DNA of 64,000 nucleotides from a bacterium (GCA_965221165.1 CBDCRP010000003.1:1088001-1152000); one strand, 5' to 3'. Shown: positions 49,286 to 60,920, counted from the first letter of the stretch. The notes: a model not told the origin generated them from the sequence alone. Program-made: numbers and translations.

Positions 49286-51195
49286 GGCTTGCTTGTCTGA
49301 GAAGTACTTTTCCCAGCTCCTTCGGCAAATGCGCCCTCGCCCCCGAGCTTTTCCCTCAAGGCGGTCACAAGCCCCGGCGTAATGCCTTCTACTTCGAGCA
49401 GTTTGAAATCGCTCGCTTCCAAAACGCCTCTCAAGCTCCCGAACGTTCGCAGAAGCGCGCGCCTGCGCTTTGGACCCAAACCAGGCACATCGTCAAGACC
49501 GCTCTTTATTCCAGTGCGTCTGCGGCGCGTCCGGTGGAACGTCAACACGAACCGATGCACCTCATCGCGAATCTTTTGCAGCATGAGTTTAGGCGCACTT
49601 CCTTCTTTCAGTTGAATGGGGTCCGCCTGTCCGGGCAGAAAAATAACATCTTGCGCTTCCGGGTTCTCAGAACTTCTGCCTTTCGCAATCGCGCACAATG
49701 CCACATCCGCCACGCCGAGTTCTTCCAGCGCCGAGGCGGCCGATGAGAGTTGCCCCTTCCCACCGTCGATAAGCAGAAGATCGGGCAACTCCCCTCCTTC
49801 GTTCACCAAACGCTCCAAGCGCCTGAAAACAATCTCGCGCATGGAGGAATAATCATCGGGGGATTCCCCCACGCTCCTAATCTTGTAGCGACGATAGCCA
49901 TCTTTCAAGGAGCGCCCTTCCTGGAACATGACGCTGGCGCCGACGATATGACTTCCCTGTAAATTCGATACGTCAAACGCTTCAATCCGCACCGGCAGTT
50001 CCTCAAGCCCCAACGCCTGCCGAACTTCTTCGAGCGTTTTCTGCTCTTTGCTGACCAAAGCGCTTTCCTGTTCCATGGCATGCGACGCGTTCTCGCTCGC
50101 CATCTCGACCAGGCGGCGTTTATCCCCCCGACGGGGATGCAAAACAGACATCTTTTTGCCCCGCCTCTCGGACAACCATTGCGCGATAAGCGAAGCATCA
50201 TTCACCGGGGACGGCAAAAGCACTTCATCAGGGAAAAAAGTCTTGTTGTCGTAATACTGTTTCACAAATGCGGAGACGACTTCCCCATCGGGAACATCTT
50301 CTCGAGCGGCCACATGGAATCCCTGGTCTCCCAGCAACCTGCCGCCTCGAATAAAAAACAATCGAAACGTCGCTTTTTGTCCTTCGCGATGGTAGCCGAG
50401 CACATCCTGATCGCCCCCTTTCACGGATAACATGGTCTGTCGCTCGGTGACATGCTCGATTCCCTTAATCTGATCTCTCACCTTTGCGGCGGCTTCATAT
50501 TGCAATTCCCGGGAGTGTTCTTGCATCTGTTTTTTGAGTCTCCGAACCAACTCCTGATTTTTCCCTTTAAGAAAATCAAGGGCGTCGTAAACACCGCTTC
50601 CATATGCTTCCCGGCTTTGATAATCATCACACGGCCCCATGCACTGGCCCATTTGAAAATAGATGCACCGCTTCGCCGTTTTATCTTCAAGACCACCCGT
50701 GCAGGGCCTGATATGAAACGTTTTTTGCAAAAAACGAATCGTGCGTCTCAGGCTACTCGCCGATGGGAAGGGCCCCATGTACGAATCGCCATCTCCGGCG
50801 GGGCGACGAACAATGCTCAGACGCGGGTAGTCCTCGCCCGTGCTGAGCTTTAGGTAGGGGAAATGTTTGTCGTCGCGTAGCAGCACGTTATGGCGGGGCT
50901 TGTGCTTTTTTACATAATTACTCTCGAGGATGAGCGCCTCGATTTCGTTAGCCGTTACAATATGCTCAATCGTGGATAACTCTTCCACCATTTTTTGAAT
51001 CCAGGGCCCTCGGCCGGTCCTTTTTACAAAATAACTGCGCACCCTGCTCCTTAAGCGCAAGGCCTTGCCGACATAGAGGACATCTCCCGAACGGTTCCTG
51101 AAAATATAAATCCCCGGCTTCTCGGGCAAAGACTTCAAAAACGAGCGGTCCTCTCCCACGGAAACCAGTCTGGCGGAAAGTGCGGAATCACTCAT
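49282..51195 (-). CDS. uvrC: Excinuclease ABC subunit C
   Basis: PGIY..YVGKA GIY-YIG domain, IEAFDVS, DDY, IDGGKGQ, IRDEVH, HhH. Confidence 0.97.
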   Translation of the reverse strand: MSDSALSARLVSVGEDRSFLKSLPEKPGIYIFRNRSGDVLYVGKALRLRSRVRSYFVKRTGRGPWIQKMVEELSTIEHIVTANEIEALILESNYVKKHKPRHNVLLRDDKHFPYLKLSTGEDYPRLSIVRRPAGDGDSYMGPFPSASSLRRTIRFLQKTFHIRPCTGGLEDKTAKRCIYFQMGQCMGPCDDYQSREAYGSGVYDALDFLKGKNQELVRRLKKQMQEHSRELQYEAAAKVRDQIKGIEHVTERQTMLSVKGGDQDVLGYHREGQKATFRLFFIRGGRLLGDQGFHVAAREDVPDGEVVSAFVKQYYDNKTFFPDEVLLPSPVNDASLIAQWLSERRGKKMSVLHPRRGDKRRLVEMASENASHAMEQESALVSKEQKTLEEVRQALGLEELPVRIEAFDVSNLQGSHIVGASVMFQEGRSLKDGYRRYKIRSVGESPDDYSSMREIVFRRLERLVNEGGELPDLLLIDGGKGQLSSAASALEELGVADVALCAIAKGRSSENPEAQDVIFLPGQADPIQLKEGSAPKLMLQKIRDEVHRFVLTFHRTRRRRTGIKSGLDDVPGLGPKRRRALLRTFGSLRGVLEASDFKLLEVEGITPGLVTALREKLGGEGAFAEGAGKSTSQTSKP

Positions 51196-53201
51196 GTTGT
51201 GATTTCGGAGGTTCTAAGACCAAGCTGCCGGCGCTCGATGGTGAGAATCTTGTCGCGAATCTCGGCAGCTCTTTCAAATTCGAGCTTCTGGGCCGCTTCG
51301 TGCATTTGGGCGCGAAGTTCGTCTAAAGCCAATGCATCCATCTCCGACAACAGGGGCGATTCCATATCTTCCCACTGGAAGGAGGTTTCATAATCATGAT
51401 CGCCGGATGTTTCCAATAGTTCATCCATCTTGCGGCTGATGGAGCGGGGAACAATCCCGTTCGCTTCGTTGTAAGCGAGTTGAATGCTCCTTCTTCTATC
51501 CATCTCATCGAGTGCCCGGCGCATGCTGTCCGTAACGCGGTCCGCATACATGATGACACGGCCATTGATATGCCTGGCCGCACGGCCCGAAGTTTGAATC
51601 AAAGAAGTTTCCGAGCGCAAAAACCCTTCTTTATCCGCGTCAAATATGGCCACGAGAGCAACTTCGGGCAAATCCAATCCCTCCCGCAGGAGATTGATGC
51701 CGATCAACACGTCAAAAACGCCCGAGCGCAGATCGCGAATTATCCGCACCCGCTCGAGTGCGTCGATGTCGCTGTGCATATACCGAACCCGGACCCCTAA
51801 ATCTTCATAGTACTCCGTTAAATCCTCAGCAAATCTTTTTGTCAGGGTGGTGACGAGTACGCGATCTCCCACCGCCGCCACCTGGCGCACCTCGGCCAGC
51901 AAGTCATCCACCTGTCCTTGCACTGGGCGAATCTCCACAGGGGGATCAACCAAACCGGTAGGCCTTAACAACTGTTCCACAATAACGCCTTCGCTTTTCT
52001 CTAATTCGTAGGGTCCGGGAGTCGCCGAAACGTAGATCGTGTTCTTCAGATTCGCCTCGAACTCTTTCATTTCAAGTGGGCGATTATCCAAAGCCGATGG
52101 CAGCCTGAAACCATACGAAACCAGGGTTTCCTTGCGGGAGCGATCTCCTCGGTACATCCCCCGCAACTGGGGGATGCTTTGATGGCTCTCATCTATCACC
52201 ACCAGATGATCGCGGGAGAAATATGAAAACAAGGTCGCGGGCGGCTCGCCCTGCAAACGCGCGTCGAGGTGTAAACTATAGTTCTCCACCCCGTGGCAGT
52301 AACCGACTTCCCTGAGCATCTCTATATCCTGCAAAGTTCGCTGCTGTAAGCGCTGCGCCTCATAGGATTTATCCTGCTCGTTCAATTTCGCCACCTGCTC
52401 CCACAATTCCTCCTGAATCCCTTCGATGGCGGACGAGAGCCTCTCCTCGGGCGTGATGTAATGGCTGTTGGGGTAAATCTCCACCCGGTCGAGTTTTCTT
52501 AAAGCGATTCCCCGCATCGGCTCAATCTCCGTGATGCTGTCGATTTCTTCCCCAAAAAACTCTACGCGAATCGCTTGCCCTTCTTCATGGGCGGGTATGA
52601 TTTCGACGACATCTCCGCGCGCGCGAAAAGAGGCGCGACGCAGAGCCGCATCCGAACGCCGGTACTGAATTCTTATCAATTGCGTGAGCAACTCCTCACG
52701 ATCCATTTCCATGCCGACAGAAATATCGATGTGCAGATCGAAATAATCGGCTGGTGAACCCAACCCATAGATGGAACTCACACTCGCAACCACGATGACG
52801 TCTTCGCGCATCAAGGCAGAGCGTGTGGCCGAGTGGCGCAGGCAGTCCAGCTCATCGTTGATGGAGGCATCTTTTTCGATAAAGGTATCCGTGGTAGGCA
52901 CATAAGCTTCCGGCTGATAGTAATCATAATAACTAACGAAATACTCCACCGCGTTGTTCGGGAAAAACCCCTTAAGCTCATTGTAAAGTTGGGCGGCCAG
53001 GGTTTTGTTATGGGCGATGACAAGCGTGGGTTTTCCCATCTTCGCGATGACATTCGCCACCGTGAACGTCTTGCCGGAACCGGTGACGCCCAAGAGAACC
53101 TGATGATTTAGTCCCTCTTCGAATTGCCGGACGATAGCGTCTATGGCTTCGGGCTGATCGCCCGTGGGCGAGAATTTCGAATGGAGCTCGAAGCTACTCA
53201 T
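51192..53201 (-). CDS. uvrB: Excinuclease ABC subunit B
   Basis: [34 protein letters not shown]-terminal UVR. Confidence 0.98.
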   Translation of the reverse strand: MSSFELHSKFSPTGDQPEAIDAIVRQFEEGLNHQVLLGVTGSGKTFTVANVIAKMGKPTLVIAHNKTLAAQLYNELKGFFPNNAVEYFVSYYDYYQPEAYVPTTDTFIEKDASINDELDCLRHSATRSALMREDVIVVASVSSIYGLGSPADYFDLHIDISVGMEMDREELLTQLIRIQYRRSDAALRRASFRARGDVVEIIPAHEEGQAIRVEFFGEEIDSITEIEPMRGIALRKLDRVEIYPNSHYITPEERLSSAIEGIQEELWEQVAKLNEQDKSYEAQRLQQRTLQDIEMLREVGYCHGVENYSLHLDARLQGEPPATLFSYFSRDHLVVIDESHQSIPQLRGMYRGDRSRKETLVSYGFRLPSALDNRPLEMKEFEANLKNTIYVSATPGPYELEKSEGVIVEQLLRPTGLVDPPVEIRPVQGQVDDLLAEVRQVAAVGDRVLVTTLTKRFAEDLTEYYEDLGVRVRYMHSDIDALERVRIIRDLRSGVFDVLIGINLLREGLDLPEVALVAIFDADKEGFLRSETSLIQTSGRAARHINGRVIMYADRVTDSMRRALDEMDRRRSIQLAYNEANGIVPRSISRKMDELLETSGDHDYETSFQWEDMESPLLSEMDALALDELRAQMHEAAQKLEFERAAEIRDKILTIERRQLGLRTSEITT

Positions 53202-53290
53202 GAAGGGTCCTCTGCCTCCCACTAAGGCGGCTCGAAAAAACGAGCGGAAGAAAGTCTAACGGATAAAGGAAGACGGATAAACCCTGTGAC

Positions 53291-53818
53291 TCAAGCGAAT
53301 TGAGCGGGGTGGAGGTATTTTTCCCATACATTTTGCACGGTTCGAGGAAAACGATGGTTCAGGTGATGCAATATGAACGATTTTGGTTTCTGGGGCGGCG
53401 TTTTCAGCTTCAAGCCTGCCTCATCAGGCGTACGATCTCCTTTTTTCGCATTGCATTTCCGGCAACTGCAAACCACATTCTCCCAAATGGAGCGGCCACC
53501 ACGGGAACGAGGCAACACATGATCCACCGTTAAATACCCGCCTTTGGCGCCGCAATATTGACAAGTACTCTCATCGCGACGCATCACATTCTTTTTGCTG
53601 AATGGAATCCGACTCCTGCGCGGAACATAGACATACGCTCTCAACCGTATGACGGCGGGGAGATGAAACTCCATCGCTTCGCTGCGGACGATTAGGCCAT
53701 TCGTCTCAATGGTATCCGCTTTTCCCGTGATCATCATGCGAATCGCACGGCGAGCGTTGCAAACATGAATCGGCTCATATGTCTGGTTGAGCACCAAAAC
53801 GCGCGATTGCTCAAACAC
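53291..53818 (-). CDS. HNH endonuclease (McrA-like standalone family)
   Basis: VLVLNQTYEP, RRD..CQYCG, TVDHVLPRSRGG..WEN...CRKCN..K; GTG start inferred. Confidence 0.9.
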   Translation of the reverse strand: MFEQSRVLVLNQTYEPIHVCNARRAIRMMITGKADTIETNGLIVRSEAMEFHLPAVIRLRAYVYVPRRSRIPFSKKNVMRRDESTCQYCGAKGGYLTVDHVLPRSRGGRSIWENVVCSCRKCNAKKGDRTPDEAGLKLKTPPQKPKSFILHHLNHRFPRTVQNVWEKYLHPAQFA

Positions 53819-53877
53819 CCTATACGCTCCCCTTGAGACAAGTGGGCGACGGGATACCAATAATATCTCCGTATCCC

Positions 53878-53906
53878 TTTATGTCGACCTCGTTTCTCCT
53901 TGTCAA
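53878..53906 (-). promoter_or_regulatory. Sigma70-type promoter for HNH-uvrB-uvrC
   Basis: TTGACA-17 nt-CATAAA on the minus strand. Confidence 0.55.
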
Positions 53907-53929
53907 CGAGCAATTGCTTTTTTCAGACA

Positions 53930-53958
53930 TTGCGAAAATGATGTCGCAAATTTATAAT
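53930..53958 (+). promoter_or_regulatory. Sigma70-type promoter for PBP1A with overlapping palindrome
   Basis: TTGCGA-17 nt-TATAAT; TTGCGA-N8-TCGCAA inverted repeat. Confidence 0.55.
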
Positions 53959-53974
53959 TGAAGGTCTTCGCAAA

Positions 53975-56245
53975 TTGCGGAGAGACGCCTCGAAAATTCA
54001 TCTCCCAAAGAGGATCACTTCGTTGTTGCCCCGGTCCCGACGCGGAAAAATAGTCCTTCTCGTACTGGGCGTTCTGGCCGTTGTATGCGGAATGGGAGCC
54101 GGCGCGGGCTTTAGTTATCTATATGATTTTCCCGAACTCGAGCGTCTCCAAAATTATAAACCCAACACCATCACGCGTATTTACGCCCGCGGGGGTGAAC
54201 TTCTCGCGGAATTGTACCAGGAAAGAAGAAAGCCCATTCCTTTAAAACAAATCCCTACCACGCTACGCCAAGCATTTCTGGCCATAGAAGACAGCCGCTT
54301 TTATGACCACCCGGGAGTCAGCTATCCAGATATTTTCCGGGCGTTCATCAAAAACCTTCGAGCGGGCCATTTCGTGCAGGGGGGCAGCACCATTACCCAA
54401 CAATTGGCAAAAGTTCTCTTTTTAACGCCTGAGAGAAAACTCAAGCGAAAAATTCGAGAAGCGTTAATGGCCCTTGAGATTGAACGGCGCTTCACGAAAG
54501 ATGAAATACTCGAATTTTATCTGAATCAAATCTACCTCGGCAGCGGAGCGTACGGGGTGCAGGCCGCCGCCCAAATCTATTTTGGGAAAACGGTCGCTCA
54601 ACTCACGCTGGCCGAATCCGCCATGATCGCCGGACTGCCCAAGGCGCCCACACGGTTTAATCCCAAAACCAACCCCGAGAAAGCGCTGAGGCGACGCAAT
54701 TTGGTATTCACAAGAATGCGGGCATCCGGCTTTATCACCGCTGAGCAAGAAAAAATCGCCCGCGAAGAGCCAATCCGACTCGTTCCCCGGGTGGCCAATA
54801 TCGTACCCGAAGCCGCATATTTCATTGAAAAAACACGCATCAGCCTCAGCCGCAGGTATGGACAGTCCCTCTACAAAAGCGGTCTGGAGATTCATACGAC
54901 CATTGACATCGGCTTACAGAAAATTGCGCATCAAGCGCTCATCAACGGGGTTGAAAAAATAAACCAAAGGCGCGGATTCATGAACCCTGGAACGAAAATG
55001 AAGAGGCCGCCACGCCTGGGGGATGGGTTCCAATTTCGCATCCTCGATATCACGGGAAACATGGTGAGCGGGCTCATCGGAAACTATGAAGCCGAGATGC
55101 TTCTTCCCGAACGCATCGACCCCAAAAGGCTTAGAGAAGGAGATTTGCTTTTGGGCCGCGTGATCAAGGTGGACCGCAGCTCGAAAAAGCTCTTCTTGGA
55201 ATGGCAAGAAACCGTACAAGGCGCCGTCATCGCATTCGACTCCAAAACCGGAGCGCTCCGCGCCCTGACGGGAGGGACCAACTTCCGTCGCTTCCCGTTC
55301 AACCGGGCCACGCAGGCGCATCGTCAGCCAGGCTCGGCTTTCAAGCCCATCATCATGGGGACAGCCCTGTCTCAGGGCTACACGCCTGCGCACATTCTCA
55401 TGGATACCCCCTTTGTCCGCCGTATGCCGGGCACGCTAAAGGATTGGAAACCCAGGAATTACACCAACAAATTCTATGGTCCCGTCACCATGAGAAAGGC
55501 CCTGCAGTCTTCACTGAACCTGGCCACCATCAAGCTACTGGACCAGATGGGGCCGCAAAAAGCGATCACGTTCGCACATCGGATCGGCATCCGCTCGAAA
55601 ATGAACCCGTATCTCTCCCTGGCGCTCGGCTCCATCGAGGTGACGCCATACCAATTCACGGCCTCATACATTCCATTCGCCATGCAGGGCGTATATGCGC
55701 GGCCCTATGAAATCACGAAAGTCACCGACGGAAGAAACCGGATACTGGAGGAGAACGTTCCCACAACGCATCTCGCCATCACGCCCGAGGCGGCCTATCA
55801 ACTAAAAATGTTGCTGCGCGGCGTCATTACGCATGGAACCGGAAAAAAAGCCAAAAAGATCGGCACATTTCTGGCGGGAAAAACAGGCACGACAAACGAG
55901 TATCGAGACGCCTGGTTCATCGGCTTCTCGGAAGACCTCGTCTTGGGAGTCTGGGTGGGCCGTGACGACAACAAGCACATGGGCTACCGGGCTTCGGGCG
56001 GAAGCGCGGCCTTGCCGATATGGATCGATGTGATGAAAGGCTGGCTCGAAGGCGAAGAATCAGAAGTCCGTCTCCCCGAGCCGCCACCGGGTATCACCTT
56101 GGTGAAGGTGGATTCGCGTTCAGGGCATTTACCCTCGACATGGTGCGAAGGGGAACCGATACTGGAAGCCTTTGTGGAGGGGACGGAACCCTCCGAGCAT
56201 TGTCCTAAGAAATCCCGCCTGCCGGCGATATTGAGCGACGGTTGA
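53975..56245 (+). CDS. mrcA: Penicillin-binding protein 1A (class A)
   Basis: EDSRFYDH, QGGSTITQQLAK, RKIRE, YLNQIY glycosyltransferase motifs; SAFK, SLN, KTGT transpeptidase motifs. Confidence 0.93.
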   Translation: MRRDASKIHLPKRITSLLPRSRRGKIVLLVLGVLAVVCGMGAGAGFSYLYDFPELERLQNYKPNTITRIYARGGELLAELYQERRKPIPLKQIPTTLRQAFLAIEDSRFYDHPGVSYPDIFRAFIKNLRAGHFVQGGSTITQQLAKVLFLTPERKLKRKIREALMALEIERRFTKDEILEFYLNQIYLGSGAYGVQAAAQIYFGKTVAQLTLAESAMIAGLPKAPTRFNPKTNPEKALRRRNLVFTRMRASGFITAEQEKIAREEPIRLVPRVANIVPEAAYFIEKTRISLSRRYGQSLYKSGLEIHTTIDIGLQKIAHQALINGVEKINQRRGFMNPGTKMKRPPRLGDGFQFRILDITGNMVSGLIGNYEAEMLLPERIDPKRLREGDLLLGRVIKVDRSSKKLFLEWQETVQGAVIAFDSKTGALRALTGGTNFRRFPFNRATQAHRQPGSAFKPIIMGTALSQGYTPAHILMDTPFVRRMPGTLKDWKPRNYTNKFYGPVTMRKALQSSLNLATIKLLDQMGPQKAITFAHRIGIRSKMNPYLSLALGSIEVTPYQFTASYIPFAMQGVYARPYEITKVTDGRNRILEENVPTTHLAITPEAAYQLKMLLRGVITHGTGKKAKKIGTFLAGKTGTTNEYRDAWFIGFSEDLVLGVWVGRDDNKHMGYRASGGSAALPIWIDVMKGWLEGEESEVRLPEPPPGITLVKVDSRSGHLPSTWCEGEPILEAFVEGTEPSEHCPKKSRLPAILSDG

Positions 56246-56279
56246 AATCTAGCTTCCCGTTATGAGGCCGCTCCGGCCA

Positions 56280-57239
56280 TTAGTCGCCGAAAATCGCTTC
56301 GATGAAAGCATCTGCATCAAAATCAATGAGGTCTTCCACCGATTCACCCACGCCGACATATCTTATGGGTATGCCGCTCTCATAAGTGGCGCCCAACACC
56401 ACGCCGCCCTTGGCCGTACCATCGAGCTTGGTGAGCACAAGACCCGTTACGCCCAAGGCGGGGCCAAACTCCCGCACTTGGGAGAGCACGTTTTGCCCCG
56501 ATGTCGCGTCCAACACGAGCAGCACCTCATGGGGCGCGGTATCGATGAGGCGCTGCGTCACGCGTCTGAGCTTCTTTAATTCTTCCATGAGATTCTTTTT
56601 CGTATGCAAGCGCCCCGCCGTATCCACAAGCAATACATCGACGCCACGCGCCCTCGCAGCCTGAACTGCGTCATATACCACGGCGGATGAGTCCGCTCCC
56701 TCCTGGTGACGAACAATCTCGCATCCACTTCTCTCCGCCCATATCGTCAACTGCTCTCCGGCCGCGGCGCGAAACGTATCCCCCGCCGCGAGCATGACCT
56801 TATGTTTTTCGGCCGAGAAGCGCGATGCGAGTTTTCCCGCCGTCGTCGTCTTGCCCACACCATTGACTCCCACCAGCAAAATGATTTTTGGCTCCCCGAC
56901 AGGAGGATCCTGCGGCGCAAACGCAGGTGGGCATGCCGGGTTTTCAAAACATGAGCGCATGATTTCCTTCACACGCGCCTTCGCATCCATCCCCGTTCCC
57001 TCTCCCGTTTTCAGTCTTTCCAGCAGCGCCTCGACGAGGAGAGGACCCAAATCCGCCATATAGAGAACTTCCTCCAATTCCTCGAGCGTATCCTCATCAA
57101 TGCGTCCCGCCAGCAAGCCCTGCACCCGGGCGAGAAAACCCCCTCTCGTCTTCGCAAGGCCATCGCGCAATTGACCGAACCAGCCTCTTGCGCCGGCACC
57201 CTTCTCTGCGCTTTCTTTCTTCCCGGAACCAGACGTCAA
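56280..57239 (-). CDS. ftsY: SRP receptor GTPase
   Basis: GVNGVGKTTT, DTFRAAA, DTAGR, TKLDGTAKGG; GGAGGA RBS before TTG 57239. Confidence 0.96.
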   Translation of the reverse strand: MTSGSGKKESAEKGAGARGWFGQLRDGLAKTRGGFLARVQGLLAGRIDEDTLEELEEVLYMADLGPLLVEALLERLKTGEGTGMDAKARVKEIMRSCFENPACPPAFAPQDPPVGEPKIILLVGVNGVGKTTTAGKLASRFSAEKHKVMLAAGDTFRAAAGEQLTIWAERSGCEIVRHQEGADSSAVVYDAVQAARARGVDVLLVDTAGRLHTKKNLMEELKKLRRVTQRLIDTAPHEVLLVLDATSGQNVLSQVREFGPALGVTGLVLTKLDGTAKGGVVLGATYESGIPIRYVGVGESVEDLIDFDADAFIEAIFGD

Positions 57240-57335
57240 AGATATTTCCTCCGGCGCACTCCACGCAAAATCAACCCCGGCGCCAGTGCACCGGGGCAAT
57301 ATCCAGCAAAATCTTTCTTGAAAATACGGGTAATG

Positions 57336-60300
57336 CTACACCTGCGATTCCAGCACCGCTTCCCCTACACCATTTACCCTTGTATCCTCGCGGTTCAGTT
57401 TTACGGAGACGATTTCCGAAACACCTTTCTCTCTTTGCGTTACCCCGTAAAGTTGATTCGCAAACGACATGGTCTTTTTATTATGGGTGATGATAATGAA
57501 CTGGCTCCGATCCTCGAGTTCGCCTATCACTTCCCGAAAACGTCCGACATTGGCGTCGTCCAGGGTGGCGTCCACCTCGTCGAGAATGCAAAACGGGCTC
57601 GGCCGAACGCTGAAGACCGCGAACAACAAAGAAAGAGCGGTGAGCGCCTTCTCCCCAGCGGAGAGGAGCATGATGTTCGATGGACGCTTGCCCGGTGGCC
57701 TCACCTCAATGTCGACGCCCGTCTCCAGGGGGTCATTCGGATCGAGTAAGTACATGCGCGCCTCACCACCCTGGAAAAGGCGGCCAAAGATGTCTGCGAA
57801 GGCATTGCCCACCTCCTCGAACGCCGCCAAGAAACGGGATCTCGTCGTCTTGTTCAGTCTCTCGATCGTGGCGTGGAGATCGGTGATGGAGTTTTCCAAA
57901 TCCTGGCGCTGTTCTTGTAAGAAGACATATTCCTGGTTGATTTCATCATATTCTTGCGCGGCCAGAGGATTCACCTCCCCCATGCGGGAAAGCCTTTGAT
58001 TCAGCATCTCCAGGCGATTGACAATCTCCTGATACTCGGGCATCTCTTCGCGCCGACTCTCCGCCGTCTCCTCAAGATTGACCTCATATTCCACTTTGGC
58101 GGATTCCACCATGGATTCTCGTTGGACGCGGAGCGTCGTCCGCCGCTCCGCCGCCACGCTTACCGCAGTATTCAGATCGGAGGAGCTCTCCTTCGTCTCG
58201 CGAATCGAATCGCCCAGTTCCTCATCACGTGATTGCACTTCCCGCAAAATGCGATCACGCTCGGCCTGCTCGGCTTCCACTTTGGCTTTCTCATCCTGAA
58301 GAGTGAGGATTTCCCCTTTGCTTTGCGCGAGGCTCTCTTCAAAGCGTTTTCTTTTATCTTTCGATTCGCGCTGTTCTTCTTCTCTGCGAATTTTGCGGGC
58401 TGAATTCTGGGATATCCCCTCCTCAAGCCGTTGGACCTCGGCCCGACCACCTGCCACCTGCCCGTTGATTTCCGTCATGGCGACTTTTTTGTCCGTGACA
58501 CGCACCTCTACTTCTGAATATCGTCGGCTGGCGTCACCCACCTTTCTCTCGATATCCTCAACACGCGAGGTGAATTCCTGAATTGCTTCTTCCGAGCGGA
58601 GACTTTCGTCTTTGGCCGCCTGGAACGCCTCTACGAGACGCATCTGCTCCACGCGAATCTCCTCTTGCGTGGACTCGAGCGCGACCAGCCGTTTTTGCAA
58701 TTCCTCGCGCTTATCTTCCATCAAGCGGAGGGTTCCCTCCGCCTCCACGCGCATCACCTCGGCCCGTTGATTCGCCTCAGTCGCATGACGGCTTCTTTGC
58801 TCCGCTGTTGTGAGTTGCTCGCTCATTTTTTGGGAGCTCGGAACCAACTCGAGAAGTTGCTCTTCGAAATGTTCAGCCTTCAGGCGCATCTCCTCACATC
58901 TTCTGGAACGCTCCAAAAAACCTTCGTTTCGAGTCAAACCGCCTTCCACCGCACCGTTTGCGTGAATAATTTCACCACCCAAAGTCACACATACGACGCC
59001 TTGCGGCCCATTGCACCATGCCGCCTGCGCGGCATCGATATCCGCCACCACAACAACATTCCCGAGCAGCGATTGAATGAGGGGCCGATAATCCGCATTG
59101 CAACGAACAAAATCCGCCGCCGCTCCCAGAACTCCCTCTCCCAGCGGAACGACGGCACCCGGCTGAACACCCACTTCCATCGGCAGAACCACACCTCGCC
59201 CGGCTTCCGAACCCATCAGCGTACGAACCGCATTCACCGCATCACCCGGAGTCTTCACCACCACACCCAGCAATTTATCACCAAGTGCCGTTTCGATGGC
59301 TTTTTCAAATTTCGGGTCGACTCGAATGACGTCGGAGAAAGACGCCAACACCTGAGCACCGCAAGATCTGAACACCTCCATATCCGCTATTCCGCTTTCG
59401 CCGGAGTCAAGAAGCCCTTCCAAAGCCAAGAGTGCGGATTTTGCCTCCATCAAAGACTCTTTCGTCTCAGCCACGGATTCTTCGTGGCGGCTCAACGACT
59501 CGGATGTTCTCGCACACTCGGACATTGACTGTTCAAGCTCTTGTTTTGCGTGGCTTTCAGATGCAACCAGCGATTCCACCCGGCTTCTCGCAGCATCTAC
59601 ATCGGCCTGGGTCGATTCAATTTGACGCTTGATTCTCTCGGCCTCGTCGTCCATCTTCTCCGTGGACTCGGCCAGCCCTTCGCGTCTCGATTCGATGGAG
59701 GCAATCTGCTGACGCGCCACGCTCAAACGCTCCCTTTCCTCTCCTTGAGCGCACCTGGCCTCATCAAGCGCCCGCTCGAGTTCTCTCAAACTCTCACGAA
59801 CAGCGGCCAGTTCCGCTGCACTGACTTCATACTCCTGGCGCGCAAGGCCCGATTGTTGCGTAAGCGTCTCAAGCGTTGAGGAAAGCTTGATTCTCGCATT
59901 CTTCAAGACCGTGGTTTCAGCGTCGAGAGTCTGAATTTCCTCCGCGCGACGCTCATCTTCCGCATCGAGTTCCGCGAGGCGGCTGCCAAGCATCTCGGTT
60001 CGGTTCTCCAGACGCTGAAGGCAACCCTCCACCTCTACTGCACGGCGGCGGGATTCCGCCAATGCCTCTGAGCGCTCGGCAATCAAAATGCGCCCTTTTT
60101 CCCTATCGGTTTCAAGGGAAGATATTTTCGCCAAAACCGCTTGTTCTTCTTCTTTGACGCGGTTATACGATTTTTCCGCCGGAACAAGCTCATCGACAAG
60201 TTTGAGGTAGTCGAGCGCCATGATTCTGGTGGCAAGATCGGCAATCTCGGTTCGGTATTCCTTGTGAAACGTCGCTTTTCTCGCCTGGCGGCGCAAAGAC

Positions 60301-60920
60301 CGCAGGCGGGTCTCTTTCTCACGCATGATGTCGGCCACACGCAGCAGATTCGCCTGCGCAAGCTCCAATTTCCTCAATGCTTCGTTCCGCCTGCTCTTGT
60401 ACTTCATGATACCGGCGGCCTCTTCAATCAGAATCCGCCTATCTATGGGCCTGGCGTTTACGAGAGTCTCGATCTTGCCCTGCTCCACGATGGAGAAGGT
60501 GTCGAGAGAAACACCTGTGTCGAGAAACAAATCGACAATATCTTTGAGTCGGGAGGGATTACGATTGATGAGATATTCACTTTCCCCGGAGCGATACAAT
60601 CGCCGGGTAACCACCACTTCGTCAAAATCCTTGAATGTCGGAGAGGTCACTACGCCTTTGAGATCGGTGATGGTAAGCGAGACCTCGGACATTCCGAGTT
60701 GTTTGCGCTCGGCGCTTCCATTGAAGATGACGTCTTCCATCTTCCTGGATCGCATGTTTTTCGGCGCCTGCTCACCCAGAACCCACCGAACGGCATCGCA
60801 TACATTGCTTTTGCCGCATCCGTTGGGTCCGACCACAGCCGTAAGACCATCACCAATTTCGATCACGGTTTTGTCAACGAAGGACTTGAACCCCTGCATC
60901 TCCAAGCGTTGGAATCGCAA
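57336..60920 (-). CDS. smc: Chromosome segregation protein SMC
   Basis: GFKSF, GPNGCGKSN, long coiled coils with hinge, LSAGE, ILDEVDA.LD; TTG start inferred. Confidence 0.97.
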   Translation of the reverse strand: MRFQRLEMQGFKSFVDKTVIEIGDGLTAVVGPNGCGKSNVCDAVRWVLGEQAPKNMRSRKMEDVIFNGSAERKQLGMSEVSLTITDLKGVVTSPTFKDFDEVVVTRRLYRSGESEYLINRNPSRLKDIVDLFLDTGVSLDTFSIVEQGKIETLVNARPIDRRILIEEAAGIMKYKSRRNEALRKLELAQANLLRVADIMREKETRLRSLRRQARKATFHKEYRTEIADLATRIMALDYLKLVDELVPAEKSYNRVKEEEQAVLAKISSLETDREKGRILIAERSEALAESRRRAVEVEGCLQRLENRTEMLGSRLAELDAEDERRAEEIQTLDAETTVLKNARIKLSSTLETLTQQSGLARQEYEVSAAELAAVRESLRELERALDEARCAQGEERERLSVARQQIASIESRREGLAESTEKMDDEAERIKRQIESTQADVDAARSRVESLVASESHAKQELEQSMSECARTSESLSRHEESVAETKESLMEAKSALLALEGLLDSGESGIADMEVFRSCGAQVLASFSDVIRVDPKFEKAIETALGDKLLGVVVKTPGDAVNAVRTLMGSEAGRGVVLPMEVGVQPGAVVPLGEGVLGAAADFVRCNADYRPLIQSLLGNVVVVADIDAAQAAWCNGPQGVVCVTLGGEIIHANGAVEGGLTRNEGFLERSRRCEEMRLKAEHFEEQLLELVPSSQKMSEQLTTAEQRSRHATEANQRAEVMRVEAEGTLRLMEDKREELQKRLVALESTQEEIRVEQMRLVEAFQAAKDESLRSEEAIQEFTSRVEDIERKVGDASRRYSEVEVRVTDKKVAMTEINGQVAGGRAEVQRLEEGISQNSARKIRREEEQRESKDKRKRFEESLAQSKGEILTLQDEKAKVEAEQAERDRILREVQSRDEELGDSIRETKESSSDLNTAVSVAAERRTTLRVQRESMVESAKVEYEVNLEETAESRREEMPEYQEIVNRLEMLNQRLSRMGEVNPLAAQEYDEINQEYVFLQEQRQDLENSITDLHATIERLNKTTRSRFLAAFEEVGNAFADIFGRLFQGGEARMYLLDPNDPLETGVDIEVRPPGKRPSNIMLLSAGEKALTALSLLFAVFSVRPSPFCILDEVDATLDDANVGRFREVIGELEDRSQFIIITHNKKTMSFANQLYGVTQREKGVSEIVSVKLNREDTRVNGVGEAVLESQV

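Noticed and set aside
53291-53818. HNH as part of a CRISPR, IscB, restriction-modification or homing element
   Set aside because: No RuvC domain, repeats, methyltransferase or intron; short standalone family
57336-60920. SMC as a Wadjet/JetC defence system
   Set aside because: Canonical chromosomal SMC in rnc-smc-ftsY context; no jetABD
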